Origin: Diplonema japonicum
Lineage: Eukaryota; Protista; Euglenozoa: Diplonemea
Length of the DNA stretch: 64,000 bases
NCBI GenBank assembly: GCA_964019335.1
Contig: OZ025755.1
Location: 218,263 to 282,262 of the forward strand
Direction of reading: 5' to 3'
Below are positions 23,760-35,423 of the stretch, piece after piece. The notes beneath the pieces are model-generated. The model saw only the letters and a program-made list of their open reading frames with translations, was not told where the DNA came from and searched no databases. The position numbers were made by a program, and so were the translations under genes. How positions within the stretch are numbered: position 1 is the stretch's first letter; the number at the start of each line of letters is the position of its first letter.

Positions 23760-25518
23760 CCCATAACACTCCAAGGCGCAAATATTTGTCGTTTTGAAAA
23801 ATCGTTTTTTTCTCTAAGTACTTTTTCGTCCCCACGACCCCTGGATCTCCAAGAACGACTATAGTGAGGAGTTATTTTCAACTGCAATTCATGTTGCACT
23901 GCATCACTTTACCTTGTTATCCACCCACCAAGTGGGTCCCAAATCCGAGTGGATAGGCGAAAAAACGCAAAATAACGGGTGTGCAGACTGTGTGCCAAAA
24001 AACGCAAAGGTAAAGCCAAAACAGCTACGGACGAGGTCCAACCTTCATGGGTAAGGGAGTTGGTACCCATAGAGACCATAAAATAGGCCGGTGGGGGGGA
24101 AAAAAGCTGTCCCGTGGTACGCAGAAACCTGACGACGCAAAATGATTATTCCTTCGGTTTTTTTGATAAGAAGTTCACAGACGTCATCCAAGAAGAGACA
24201 AACAAGCATAAGGACGCTGAGATTGATAAGATTTCGACCCAGGACTCCACCGCTTTCTCGGATTGAGCATTATAAGCAAACGTATTGGTCCACAGGACCC
24301 ATGAAAATCCCCCTTTTCAGTAACACGATGCCCAGGAGACGCTACCAGGAAATTAAAAGTAGCCTCCACTTCACTCACACAGAAGAGTCAAACGGTGATG
24401 TGTTGTGGAAGACACGAGGGTTTCTGGACAGAATTGGTAACAAGTGGGCAAAAACAGCAGTGCCAGGAAAATATTTAAGCATTGACGAGACACTCGTACC
24501 GTCACGGGGCAATTGGGGGGGCTTGGGGTCTACTGTCCTCTCAAGCGTAAGAGATATGGCATAAAAATATACTGCCTAAACTGCGTGAGCACGGGTTATC
24601 TTTCGCGTTTTCACATCCACGCCACCAAAATCGAGGGGCACGCACTTGAAGATTTCAGTGTCGTGGAAAAGGTGGTGCTGGGGTTAACGGGGAATTTTCG
24701 GGGAACGACAACACGGTAGTTTGCAATAACTACTTTTCGACTGTGGGTCTGGCCGAAGCCCTGTGAAAAAACTGTGAGGGGGCTTGCATTTCGTTGGAGT
24801 GTTGCGGACTCTTCTGGTGGGCCCTAGAAGTGACAATAGTTAACTGCCTTGCACTTCAAATAAAATATGGTTAGAGTTCAGCCAAAGAGATACAAAACCC
24901 TGGCTGCTTTTAAAGAGCGCTTTCGAGAGAGCCTAAATGATGGGTCCAGCGTTGCAAGAACACCACTCCCGGCACCCAACTAGTGGAGCACACACACCCG
25001 ACACCCCAGATTACACCAAACGTGACCACCAACCACTCAAAGGGGGCAACTCCAGGTTCTGCAGGTTGAAAGGATGACACAAAACGCACAATCTACAAAT
25101 GCTACACCTGTAACCAACACCTCTGTCCAAATAAGTGCTTTTTTCGTACCACTCTTCCATCACCCCAAAAAGGCTTCTTGACGATTTCGAGGCCGATATT
25201 CCACCCGCAAATAGGCACTTCTCTCGGTCTGAGACATCTGAGGGGTCCTGATGCTGCTTTTTTTGTCCCAAGATGCTCAATTTACACCCCCCCGTGCACA
25301 ACCCATTTTGACATGGTCGTTTTTGAGCACCCTACGGCCATTCAACTCTTCATCCCCTTTGTATTTTTATTAATTTTTGAGCTTTTTTTTAATTTTTCCT
25401 GGTCCAAAAAACCCGTTTTACCTGCAAACGGGGGTTAAATGCTGCCATTTTCCCCGTCAAATTATGAAAAGGAGCAAAAAAGGGACCCCTATGTAGATAG
25501 GCCCCGGAGTGTTATGGG
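23760..25518 (+). mobile_element. Defective piggyBac DNA transposon
   Basis: TTAA|CCCATAACACTCCAAGGC at left and GCCCCGGAGTGTTATGGG|TTAA at right (13-bp perfect TIR, 16/18 extended); TTAA target duplication; encloses transposase remnants. Confidence 0.92.
24142..25150 (+). pseudogene. piggyBac transposase pseudogene (frameshifts, stops, deletions)
   Basis: YWST...MPRRRYQEIKSSLHF, PGKYLSIDETLV.SRG, YCPLKRKRYGIKIYCL...TGY, VCNNYFS (DNYF motif with D>N), C-terminal RTIYKCYTCNQHLCPNKCF Cys-rich domain. Confidence 0.88.
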
Positions 25519-25928
25519 TTAAAAAAAAAAACAAGGGCCAAACGCCCACCCAACTCGAGCCAATAGCGAGACCACCCAGCACACACATAAAAAAAAATAC
25601 ACCTTTTTTTTCTCCTCTTTTTGGTTGAATTTTCTTTCGGGAGTGAAATAAAGTAATAAATATAAAAACTTGGGAGGCGTGGAAAAAAAAAAGAAGAGGG
25701 GGGATGTAACTTTTTTTTTTCACCCTCCCCTGCTACCGATGTACAGAACCCTGCAGTGTGCCAGGATCGACTGATGACAATCTTAAAGAAGACGGGCCTT
25801 GCGGCCGTCCTTTCTCCTCCAGAAGAAAAAAAAAAGTAAAGGGGGGGAGGGAAAACAACGTTTTCGGTAACTTTTTTTTTTCAAAATGTAACAGTAAAAT
25901 CATTTTGCCACGATGTTTTTGGCAACCG

Positions 25929-25969
<41 letters not shown>

Positions 25970-26071
25970 CCGAATCAATTAAGTACTTTAATGCGCCAAA
26001 AAAAAAAAAAAAAATCACAGGTTACGCAAAAATAAACGGTGGGAAAACTTTGACATGGAGAAAAAAGTGTT

Positions 26072-26106
26072 TTTGAAGGGAACCTGCAGTTTGTGACAGG
26101 ATTGCC
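26072..26106 (-). repeat. Short terminal fragment of repeat family A
   Basis: TTTGAAGGGAACCTGCAGT.TGTGACAGGAT.GCC matches 27651-27685; a more degenerate version lies at ~25746-25783. Confidence 0.75.
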
Positions 26107-26344
26107 GAGAAAAAAAAAGGGAAAAAAAGGGTTGCTGTGGAAGAACGTTGGGATTTTAATTCAATTTTTTTTTCCTTTTTTTTTTTTTTTCTTTTTTTTC
26201 CCGGGGTGCTGAATTAATAATATTTCAGTGTGCAGGCTTCACTGTTTTTCAAGAAGAAAAAAAAAATTCAAAAAAATAAAAAAAAACAAAACCATAACAA
26301 AAAAAAATCTTCTCTCCCCCCCCCCCCTCTTTTTCTTCCCTCTT

Positions 26345-27445
26345 TCAGAAAGTCCCCCGCCCCAACGGGGGAAGAAAAGCAGCCAGTGGTTTCGGTTGTG
26401 GAATCCTTCGCCTCGACTGCACGGTACACCGAACGCCCGTTCTCCGTGAGGGGGGTGAAAGGTAAGGCGACGTGATAGGCTGGCTGTGCAGAGCAGGAAG
26501 CTTTGCCTGTGTGATAAGATTACGATGATGCCTTGCCTCTAAGCTCTTCCATGTATCGACAAGATACATTACCTGCGAGCCTGCTGCCGTTTGACGATAG
26601 TTCCTTCTTGGTCTCGAGAGTCGAGGAGGCGTGGGGTTCTGAGTATAACGAGAAAACAACTTAGGTTCTGATCTCAGCATTGGTTTCATAATCTTATCGA
26701 CCACAATTTTCGTCGACGCAATATGTCGCCTGGCCAGCATCCCGGCACCAACCCGTTGAAGGTACCGGACGCTTTTCACCATTTTACGGCCTTCTTCAAA
26801 CCTTGCTGGTTTTCGCAATGAAACGCTTTGGGCGGATTTCAAGTTTCTACGGAGAATTGTGCTTAGAACTGTTCGCGAAAATTTTTGAATGGTCGCAACA
26901 TGGCGTCTTCGGTGGATCTTGCCGAGAAGTTTTTCTTTGATGTGTTTTTGGATAATGAATGCAGCGTATTCTTCATCTTCTGTTTGTTGTGATTCGAGTG
27001 CCGTGTCTGATACGTGAGTTGCTCTTTTGCGTAGAGAGTCGGCGGCATTGTGTGATCGGACGAATCTTTGCAAGATCCCGACAGCGCGGGTCACCTTTTG
27101 TCCTCTTTTTTTTCGGAAGAAATATTGAAGGATTGTCGCAGCCCGTGCTTCGTACTCGGTTTGGTCTTTTTGCCGTCTTTCCAACCGCATTGTGTTTACC
27201 TTCCTCCAGCCGACCAGGGCTTTCCACGAGCTTTGTATTTTTACAGCGGACCTCCTGCGAAGACCTACCCTCCAGACCCCCCACCACCATTCCGACACCA
27301 CCTTCACCGCCTCCGTGCGTATTGTTGCCCTGTAGTTTTCATCCTTTTCCCTTATCAGGCGTTGTACTAGTGACGTGCATCTTTTTCTTCGCACCAAGCA
27401 TTGGATCTTGATGCAGGCGTCATGTTGTGTGATGAGGGTGGTCAT
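26345..27445 (-). CDS. IQ calmodulin-binding motif protein (366 aa)
   Basis: Repeated IQ-like motifs: ACIKIQCLVRR, SAVKIQSSWK, AATILQYFFR, AVGILQRFVR, AAFIIQKHIK, VATIQKFSR, YLQRVGAGMLARR. Confidence 0.8.
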   Translation of the reverse strand: MTTLITQHDACIKIQCLVRRKRCTSLVQRLIREKDENYRATIRTEAVKVVSEWWWGVWRVGLRRRSAVKIQSSWKALVGWRKVNTMRLERRQKDQTEYEARAATILQYFFRKKRGQKVTRAVGILQRFVRSHNAADSLRKRATHVSDTALESQQTEDEEYAAFIIQKHIKEKLLGKIHRRRHVATIQKFSRTVLSTILRRNLKSAQSVSLRKPARFEEGRKMVKSVRYLQRVGAGMLARRHIASTKIVVDKIMKPMLRSEPKLFSRYTQNPTPPRLSRPRRNYRQTAAGSQVMYLVDTWKSLEARHHRNLITQAKLPALHSQPITSPYLSPPSRRTGVRCTVQSRRRIPQPKPLAAFLPPLGRGTF

Positions 27446-27643
27446 TATTTTTTTTTTGTTGCCGTGGTTTTTTTTTTTTTTTCCCCTCCCCTCCTATTTT
27501 TTTGTGAGAAATTTATATTTTGAGAAATTGAAGGGGAGGGGGGGATAGAATGAAAAAAAAAAAAAACGGGAGGAAAAATTTTTTTTTGGTATTTTTTTTT
27601 TTTTTTTTTTTTGCGCAGGGTAGGGGACGGGGGGGGAAAAAAA

Positions 27644-28245
27644 GGGTGTCTTTGAAGGGAACCTGCAGTATGTGACAGGATCGCCTAACGACAATCAACA
27701 TCTAGTGTTTGATCCCTTCTGTCGTGGTAGTGCCTTAGGCCCATCGTATCTATTCAGCAGCTTGGGCGTGAAACCAACTAGCGAGTTGTTGAGGATGCAA
27801 TGCGTTCGCATTTGTTCCTCTAGGATCGAGTGGGTGACCTTCGGGGACGCGAAGATCGGACGAGTGGAGTAACCAGTGACGGCATGGCTGTGGAGCCCTA
27901 GGGTGCGTAGTGAGTGTACTGACTTCATAGTTTCTGCCGGAATCAGATGATTCCCCGTCCCTTTTAGATGGATCCTTTCTAAGACGCTGAGAATCCTGCC
28001 GAGCTTTCTCGCCCAGCACGCAATGTGGAGCCTTTCCGTTGCAATGAGGTCGACTGCTAGTTCCGCCTTAGAAACTTGCCCGCCTTTCTCGCCCCATTTT
28101 AGGGCATTCAGCCAGTTGAGGACAAATGGGATTAGGCCTGGGAAGTATTTCTTCTGCAGCCCATGCTCGTGGTACCAGGGGAGAGGCTTCGGGGTTAAGG
28201 GTTCCCCGGTCGGAATGGTCTATTCCAGAAATGCTACGATTTCTT
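27644..28245 (-). mobile_element. Repeat family A: truncated retroposon-like element retaining a ~175-codon open C-terminal frame
   Basis: Open frame TIPTGEP...LNWLNALKWGEKGGQVSKAELAVDLIAT...GSNTRC* (stop at 27695); near-identical copy at 61287-61775; all copies share one end, consistent with 5'-truncated non-LTR insertions (inference). Confidence 0.65.
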
Positions 28246-28325
28246 TTTGCTTTTTTTGTCCCCCCCAGTATTTTTGGTGAAAAAAAAATGTTGTACAGTG
28301 AATGATAATAAAAAAAAATTGTCGT

Positions 28326-28492
28326 TGAAGGGAGCCCCTGCAGTATGTGACAGGAACACTGCTTAACGACGATTTACCTTATCTCTCTTTTGGTAGTACC
28401 TTCGGCCCCGTTGTGGTATCTGTGGGCGTGAAACCAAACTAGCGATATTTGTTGTTGAGGATGCAATGTGTCCGCAGGCTGCTCCTCTAAGA
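28326..28492 (-). repeat. Older, degenerate tandem copy of the family A 3' end
   Basis: TGAAGGGA..CCTGCAGTATGTGACAGGA...TGGTAGT.CCTT.GGCCC...GGGCGTGAAACCAA...TTGTTGAGGATGCAATG aligns to 27653-27825 with indels. Confidence 0.75.
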
Positions 28493-28558
28493 TAGGGAGG
28501 GGTAAAAAAAAAAAAGTGGAAACTTTTTTTTATTATTTTTTTTTATTATTTTTTTTTT

Positions 28559-30283
28559 TTATTGAATTTTTTTCAAATCGACGAGCGTGCAGGTTTGGTT
28601 GTCTGTCCCGATTGCTTCTTCGTCTATTTCAGGACACAAATTTGTCTCCAACAACGATGTGATCGCGGATGTCGGTGTTGCCTGAGGTCCTTTCAAATGT
28701 GTGACCACATGAGAGCATGCATCCTCATTGTCATACCCATCCCAAACACCATCACAGGCAATAATTATGAACGAATCAGAAGCTGACCTGGCCCTCCGTG
28801 TGACGGTCGGCTGCACGCTGACCGCCTGTTGTGCAGGGGACTTCCCACCGCATTGCTTAAAGTCATAATCGCCAAACGCTCTTGGAACAGAGAGCAGTCC
28901 TTCAATACGGTTGCGAACGACAGAGTACCCAGCAGCGAGAACCCGTTTCACTTCTTCCGGATCATCCAAAGTATGGTCTTCTGACAATGGGACCACTCCC
29001 TGATCGTCTGAGTAAAGAACAGCACGGGAATCTCCTATATTCGCGCAGATTATCTCTGATTCGGTTATTAACACCATACAGCAGGTTGTTCCTACGGACG
29101 AGCATTCCACCGTGAATTTCAATCCGAGCGTTTCGTCAATCTGCACAAAAATGTCCTCCAGTACCTTGTCATCGATGGTACCGTTTGCAGGTAAACGCTG
29201 CAGTAAGATCGTTTCCATGTTGGTGGCGACCCATTGCGCTGTGAATGTTCCCCCGTGCCCGTCGAGGACTGCGAAAACGTGGGTTCCTTTAAGCTTCGCG
29301 GCGTAATGTGCGTCTTCTTGTGTCGATCGCCATCCTTGCATGCAGCCTGTAACAGCTGCCTCTTCGCATAGAATTTCAATGAAGATGTCGCGGACGGGTT
29401 CTTCTAAGAATGTTCCTTTCGTGTCGCACAGAGCCATCAGTATATTGTCCAAGGGGTCTGTGTATTCTGATGTGAACATGCCGCACCTCATGCACATGAA
29501 GGATCTCTCGTAGATGGATATGTCGTAGTTGACCCACAGACCGTGCTTGCTGTCCTTTCTAAAGAGTTCTTCGGCGTGCGGTTTGCACATTGCGATTGAC
29601 GTGTCGTGTAGTGATAGAAACTGTGCCGGCCGGCGGTTGCACGTAACACATTTGTAAAAAAGTTTTTGGAACTGTATTGTCGATGGGTCGGTAGGGTTGA
29701 GGACTTCTTCGGGGATGCCTTCAAGAAGTTCTTTTATAGTGCAGTGGCACCCGTAGTTTTGTTCGTCGTCGCCTTCCAACACCTCTCCTGCGATGTCTGC
29801 AAAATTCTCCTGTTTTATTTTTTCGGGTGTTTTTGTAGATTGCGGTATTTCCCTGTCTAGCACGCTTAGGGAGCTTCCTTTTCTGGATCTCGACGCGCGG
29901 CGTCCGTCTCCTATCGGGGTCAGGCCTTCCCCGAGAAGGACGCTTTGTGCTGGTTTAAGAATTTCGTGTGTGCCGCCTTCATATTTCATTGATTTTTGCG
30001 CCTTCAACATTGTAATGCTGCGGCCTCTCGTTACTTTTCTATCTGCGGTGCTCAACTGCGGTTGTTGTTGTTGTTGTGGTTGTTGTTGTGGTTTTATTTC
30101 GGTAGCGGTGGACTCCATCGGCCTTCCCCTCTCGGTTTCCTCCCTCAGGTACTGCAGCATCTCCACCCTGAAATCTTTCGGCTGCTTTTGAATCAACCTG
30201 TGGACCATCTTGTCAACTATCATGTGCAAGCCGTGCGTCTTCAAGTAGCGCATGTTTTCTACCGAAACCTGTGATTCCGCCAT
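28559..30283 (-). CDS. PP2C/PPM phosphatase with N-terminal RIIa/Dpy-30-like dimerisation-docking helix and a Cys/His (Zn-finger-like) region (~574 aa)
   Basis: MQGWRSTQEDAH, VLDGHGG, ANIGDSRAV, LSEDH, RAFGDYDFK, IACDGVWD, TDNQT; N-terminal YLKTHGLHMIVDKMVHRLIQKQPKD..VEMLQYL; CVTC...C..H...H...CMRC. Start at the ATG after the A-run. Confidence 0.9.
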   Translation of the reverse strand: MAESQVSVENMRYLKTHGLHMIVDKMVHRLIQKQPKDFRVEMLQYLREETERGRPMESTATEIKPQQQPQQQQQPQLSTADRKVTRGRSITMLKAQKSMKYEGGTHEILKPAQSVLLGEGLTPIGDGRRASRSRKGSSLSVLDREIPQSTKTPEKIKQENFADIAGEVLEGDDEQNYGCHCTIKELLEGIPEEVLNPTDPSTIQFQKLFYKCVTCNRRPAQFLSLHDTSIAMCKPHAEELFRKDSKHGLWVNYDISIYERSFMCMRCGMFTSEYTDPLDNILMALCDTKGTFLEEPVRDIFIEILCEEAAVTGCMQGWRSTQEDAHYAAKLKGTHVFAVLDGHGGTFTAQWVATNMETILLQRLPANGTIDDKVLEDIFVQIDETLGLKFTVECSSVGTTCCMVLITESEIICANIGDSRAVLYSDDQGVVPLSEDHTLDDPEEVKRVLAAGYSVVRNRIEGLLSVPRAFGDYDFKQCGGKSPAQQAVSVQPTVTRRARSASDSFIIIACDGVWDGYDNEDACSHVVTHLKGPQATPTSAITSLLETNLCPEIDEEAIGTDNQTCTLVDLKKIQ

Positions 30284-30885
30284 TTTTTTTTCCCGACCTG
30301 AGGGGTGTTGTTTTCTTTGGAAGAAGGAGGAGGGAAGGGAGAACATAATAGTATCGGGAAAGAAAGCATAGAAGACTGTAAAAAAGAAAAAAATGGGGGA
30401 AGGGAGGGGGGGGGATATCATAATGGTCTTAGATATATATGAGTTCGTCCGGGGGGGGAGAAGGATTTCAGAGATCTGGCAAATATTTCTACAGTTGAAA
30501 GAACGGTTGGGACCCATAACGGTTACGCCATTTATGTCATCTTCCTAAATAATCGGGGGAAATACTTTTTTTTTTTCGAATCCCCACAAAAATGCAGACA
30601 TTTTAATCCGGACGAGCTCATATATTCTTGTATTGTTTTTTTTTTTTTTTTTCTTTTTTTTTTTGTTTTCCAAAAAGAAAGAAATCTGATTTTTTTAATA
30701 AAAAAAACGAAAGAAAAGCAGTGCAAAAAAAAAGGGGGAGACAAAGACTGACCAGGGCATCTAAAAAAAAAAAAAAGAACATGGATTTTTTTTTTGTTTC
30801 AACGTACGGGAGTGGGAAGGGGAGGGGGGGGATTTTGTTTCTCCCCCCCCTTCATACCAATCATATAAAAGGGTAGGGGACGCGG

Positions 30886-30924
<39 letters not shown>

Positions 30925-32054
30925 CTCGTGTATTTTGTTTTGACCCCATAAGTTGATAAAAACAACAAAAAAATGCCAACTGATACCATTTTTCTTTTTT
31001 TTTTTTCTGGCTGTGGTGAGGGATCGCGATTTGACAAATAATAATAATAAGTCTCTTCTTCACTCACCAACATCTTCCTCCCCCCCCCCCCCCCCCGGGG
31101 GGGGTAAGCAGAGAGACGGGAGAAAAATGGAGGAACTCAAAAAAAAGGAATAATTTAGAGTAATTTGCACAAACTACTAGTTGTCTTTGTTCCTCTTAGC
31201 AGATATTCTTTTTTTTTGGTTTTCTTTCTTTTTTTTTTTCCAAACAATATGTAATAAGTTCCACTCCCCTTCTCTTTTTTTTTAACACAAAGAATGGGCT
31301 GGAGAAGTGAGGCTCGAGAAGGGAGGGGGGACATCGAAGACGAGGTGCAACACCAAAGATATAAAAAACGAACCTTGTTTTCTTCTTTCTTTCTTTCTTT
31401 TTTTTTTGTATGTCCCAAAAAAGTGACTTTATTTTATAAAAAAAATATAAAAGAAGAAGGGAAAGAAAAAAGAAGCAAAAAAAAAAAAAAAAAAAACGGC
31501 TCCCACAAAGGAACAGCATTCCGAAAACTTTTGAAAAAAAGATTAAGGGGGGGGGGGGTCGGCCCTCCTAATATATATTCCAACAACACGAATACAAAAA
31601 ATCCTGAGATAAGAAAGCATGCGTGCAAAAACCCTACCCTACTCTTTTCTTTTCTTTTTTAAACACCCCCTTTGTCATTTTCTTCACTCACGTAATGACA
31701 TAGGAGTGCATTAATGAACCCCTCATCCCCCCCGAAGTGCCAATTTTTTTATAGCAATTCTGGTCAAGTACAATGAGCGGCTCAAATGACGAAAGGTTTT
31801 TTTTTTTTTTAAAACCAACACACAATCCTCCCTGAGAACTAAAATCATGCCTCATTTGCTTGTTGTAAATAAATATGCTTTGAAAAAAAAATTTTTTTTG
31901 TGTTGCTCTTTTACAAAAAAAAAAAAAACTGAGCAGTACTTGGTACCAAGTACATAAAAAAAAAAAAGGTTATATGTGTCACGCAACAAAAGGGGAAGAG
32001 TGAAGGGGACAAAAAAAAAAAAAACCACCATCCCATAAGTTCCCCACCCTCCCC

Positions 32055-32660
32055 TTAGCTCCTGTCATCAACATGAGGATGAGAAGAAACAGGGCTGGAA
32101 GGGGTAGAGGGGTCAGATGAAGGGCTAGGCGCGACTATAGTCGAAAGCAGTTTCTGCCTGTAAGTATCTGGGGAAGACAGCATTTTTGTAGGGCAACACG
32201 CCGGTAGAGGCGATGTAAGAGACCGGGGGCCAAGCAAGGCACAAGGTGAACTGGGGGAAGAGAATCGATAACTATTACTGGATTGCCTGAGGTTGTCAAG
32301 AGTAGCTGGTGACTGAACAGGGTGGATTGCTCTAAAGGCCGAACCATGGTCACCTGGTTTTTCTACAGGAACGGAGCTTGTGTAAGCAGCTTCTTTGTCC
32401 CCAGGGCCTGGTGTTCCTTCGTCTGTTGAATCTCGCGCCCTCTCACGGTGGAGGGTTTTGCAGCACCCTGAACACACCCTTACCTGCTTGCCCCTGCGGA
32501 CCCCTTCTACCGGCACTCTGAACCTTGAGCATTCTTTGCAGAATATGCACCCACAGTACCTGCAGTGGTGCCGTCTTCGAAATAACCCAAATTCCGCGGA
32601 GCAACCTTCACAGCTGCTCACCAAGCCGTCCTTTTTCCATGTTCCAATCGATTTTACCAT
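32055..32660 (-). CDS. FYVE zinc-finger protein (201 aa)
   Basis: WKKD...CEGC...FGLFRRRHHCRYCGCIFCKEC...RVCSGC; Ser/Pro-rich tail. Confidence 0.9.
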   Translation of the reverse strand: MVKSIGTWKKDGLVSSCEGCSAEFGLFRRRHHCRYCGCIFCKECSRFRVPVEGVRRGKQVRVCSGCCKTLHRERARDSTDEGTPGPGDKEAAYTSSVPVEKPGDHGSAFRAIHPVQSPATLDNLRQSSNSYRFSSPSSPCALLGPRSLTSPLPACCPTKMLSSPDTYRQKLLSTIVAPSPSSDPSTPSSPVSSHPHVDDRS

Positions 32661-33067
32661 TTTTTTTTTTTTTTTTTTTTTTTTGAGAGGGGCAGAGGAG
32701 GGCAGAGGAGGCTCGCGCTCCCTTCCTTTTTTCCACCTTTTTTTTTTTTTTTTTGGAAAAGAGAGACCGTGGGGAACGGAGGGGAAAAAAAAATATGAAA
32801 TAATAAAAGACAGTTTGGCTTTATTTTTTTTTTTTTCCCGCCGGACAAAAAAAGGAGTCGGTGGTAGGTTTTTTTTTTTTCTTTTTTTTTTTTGTCCACA
32901 TCAGGCAAGAACACCGTTTCAGTAGTTGGAGAGCACTGTATCTCATCCCGTCCGCTTTTAAGTTGGAAAAAAAAAAGTGGTAATTTTTTTTCAAGGGGGG
33001 GGGACCACACTCCTCTGGTATCTCTTTTCTTGGTTCTGTTCTTTTTTTTTTTTTTCCAATTTTTTTA

Positions 33068-34237
33068 TTAATCCAGCGGGGATGAGATGGGGAAGGGGAG
33101 ATGAGAATCTTTTTTTTTATTATTTATTTTTTAAATTTATTTTTTTGGAGAAGACCAACCTTTATTCTTTCCCTTCAAAAGAATGGTTTGCGTACCCCGG
33201 CTGAGCACGAGCAACCCGAGCAAGGTTATAACAACCCCGAGCAAAAACAAACTCAAATCGTGAGGGGGGAGTCTCGTATACTCCTTATAAAATATCAATC
33301 CGGAAGCAACCCCGGACACAACCCACAGCGACTGATAAATAGGAAGCACATACAACACATTCTTATACATTCTCAGCGCCTTGTTGAGGTAGTAAATCTG
33401 ACCCCAAACGGAAAGAACAGCGAACAAAGCACAAACTGTAAAGGCACAACCCGTCGCCGGTGTAAAAGCATGTGTCAACGTAAACAATATAGATATCGCA
33501 GCCTTTGCAAACATTATTGAATGGCCACCCAACACCCCAGCAAACGACGCGTGGACCGTCGGGTAAAACTGCGGTCCGAATTTTGTAACAAATTCAACAG
33601 AGCTGTTCGGGCTCGCGACGGTGGAGAGATTGTCAAACGCCCAGAAACATTCTAAATACTCCGGTTGTTCCCCACCGAGAACGCCTTCTTTCCGCAGCTC
33701 GCATTCTTTCCTTCGAAAATTTTCGATATATATAAGACTCACCAATAAAACACTTCCCACCCCGATGGCGTACGCCACCAACGAGGGGTTGTAAACCAGC
33801 TCCAACAACAACCCATATGTTAAATCGGGCTGTTTGTATGAACCGTAATAACATGCTGTTGACGATCCCAGGAGGGTGATCGCACAGCCTGCTATGTCGT
33901 GCAGTGTGAGGATTTCGTTTTGAAACCAAGGTGTTACCAGCACATTTGCCACCAAGGTTGTGCTGCCCAAGGCGGCTAGCCTTGACAGTGGGATTAGCGG
34001 GAGGGCAGCGAGATCCATTACGCTTGCTGCGATCATGAGTAATATCCCGGCCCACCACCGGACTGACCACAGCATGGTTTTTCGTTTTTCGGCCGGGAGG
34101 CCCTCGTTGTGTGTGTGGGCCAGTTTTTGTAGATTTACGCCTATGCAGGATATGAAGCATGCAGAGACAACCAAGGAGTCTCCCACAACGTCTCGCATCA
34201 GTTCTCCGTTCGCGAAAGAACTATTTTCTAGTATCAT
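33068..34237 (-). CDS. NIPA-family Mg2+ transporter; join(33160..34237,33068..33108), ~372 aa
   Basis: IGVNLQKLAH, RWWAGILLM, ALPLIPLSRLAALGS, QIYYLNKAL, PIYQSLW, GLIFYKEY; multiple TM segments. The terminal exon after the A-rich intron gives ...KDSHLPFPISSPLD*. Confidence 0.88.
33109..33159 (-). other. Probable 51-nt GT-AG intron, A-rich
   Basis: GTTGGT...AAATAAATAATAAAAAAAAAG; contains an in-frame stop, and removal gives a 13-codon complex-sequence tail. Confidence 0.6.
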
Positions 34238-35423
34238 TTTTTTTCTTCACCCCCTCCTCCCCCCTCCTTTGTGTGAAAAAAATTTTTTTTGAGACAACTT
34301 TAAAAAAAAAAATGGGGGGAGAATGAAGTGAAAACCCAGGGGAGAATTTGAGGCGGGGGGGGGGGGGGGGGAGAGGGGAGGGGGGAAACTTTTGTTCTCA
34401 AAAAAAGGGGGGGGACGGGAGGTCGGAATATAAAAAAAAAAATAATTGAAAGCACAACACATGGTAATATTGGGGTGAGGGGAAGCTTTTTTTTTTGGAT
34501 GGGGATATCAATATAAAGTCCTATTTTTTCCCCTTTTTTTGGGGGGGGGAGAACAAGGTGGGAATGTAGAAAAATGAAATAACAATGGGAAAAATAAATA
34601 TGAATGAAGGAGGAAGAGAGAAAAAAACAAAAAAAAGTAAAATACACAAAAAAAAAAGGAAAGGCTAATTTTGAAAAAGTGGCACAGAATAAATTTTCTA
34701 TTTCTCTTTTTTTTTTTTGCAACGTTCTTTTCCTCACTTAAAAGAAATCAGACTTTTCTTTCACTCCAACCCCCCCCCATCCTAACTTTCTTTCGCATCT
34801 TTTCCAGCTATAAAGAATAACTGGAAACTCCTTTTTCCTTGATTGCTTTAACTTTACTTTTTTCATACCACAATTTTTTTTTTTTTTTTTTTTTTCCTTC
34901 TTTGTTCCTTTGCTTTTCCTCATTTTTTTCTTTCATTTTTTTTTTCTTTTCTTTTTTTTACATTTTTTTTTCCAGAGAATAGCAAACAGCAATTCTCAAC
35001 TCTATCTTTTTTTTTCTTCTTTTCCCATTTTTTCTTCCATACGTTCCATGACCAGAAAGAGGGACTCACCAAAAATACTGGGGGGGGGGACAAAAAAAGC
35101 AAAAAGAAATCGTTTCCCCCATTTCTTTTTTTTCCTCTCGGAATCAGCAAAAAAAGAGAATTGTCAAAAATGGGGGGGAGAGTGCAAAAAAAAAAAAAAA
35201 AAAAAAAAAAAACTAGTATCTACGGACCCCACTACCTCCCCCATCCCCCCCTTTTTTCCAAATGCACACACAAGCCAACCCATAAAGTAAATGGAGAAAG
35301 AGATACTGAGGGGGTAAAGAAAAAATATAAAAAAAAAAATAAAAAAAAAACAGGGGAACAACAAAATATGTGGGGAAATGAAAGGGGGGGGAGATATAAT
35401 ATTTTCTTTTTCTTTTCTTTTTT

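Noticed and set aside
25765-25812. CTGATGA possible hammerhead core or C box
   Set aside because: No correctly placed GAAA and stems, and no D box; it is a degenerate family A fragment.
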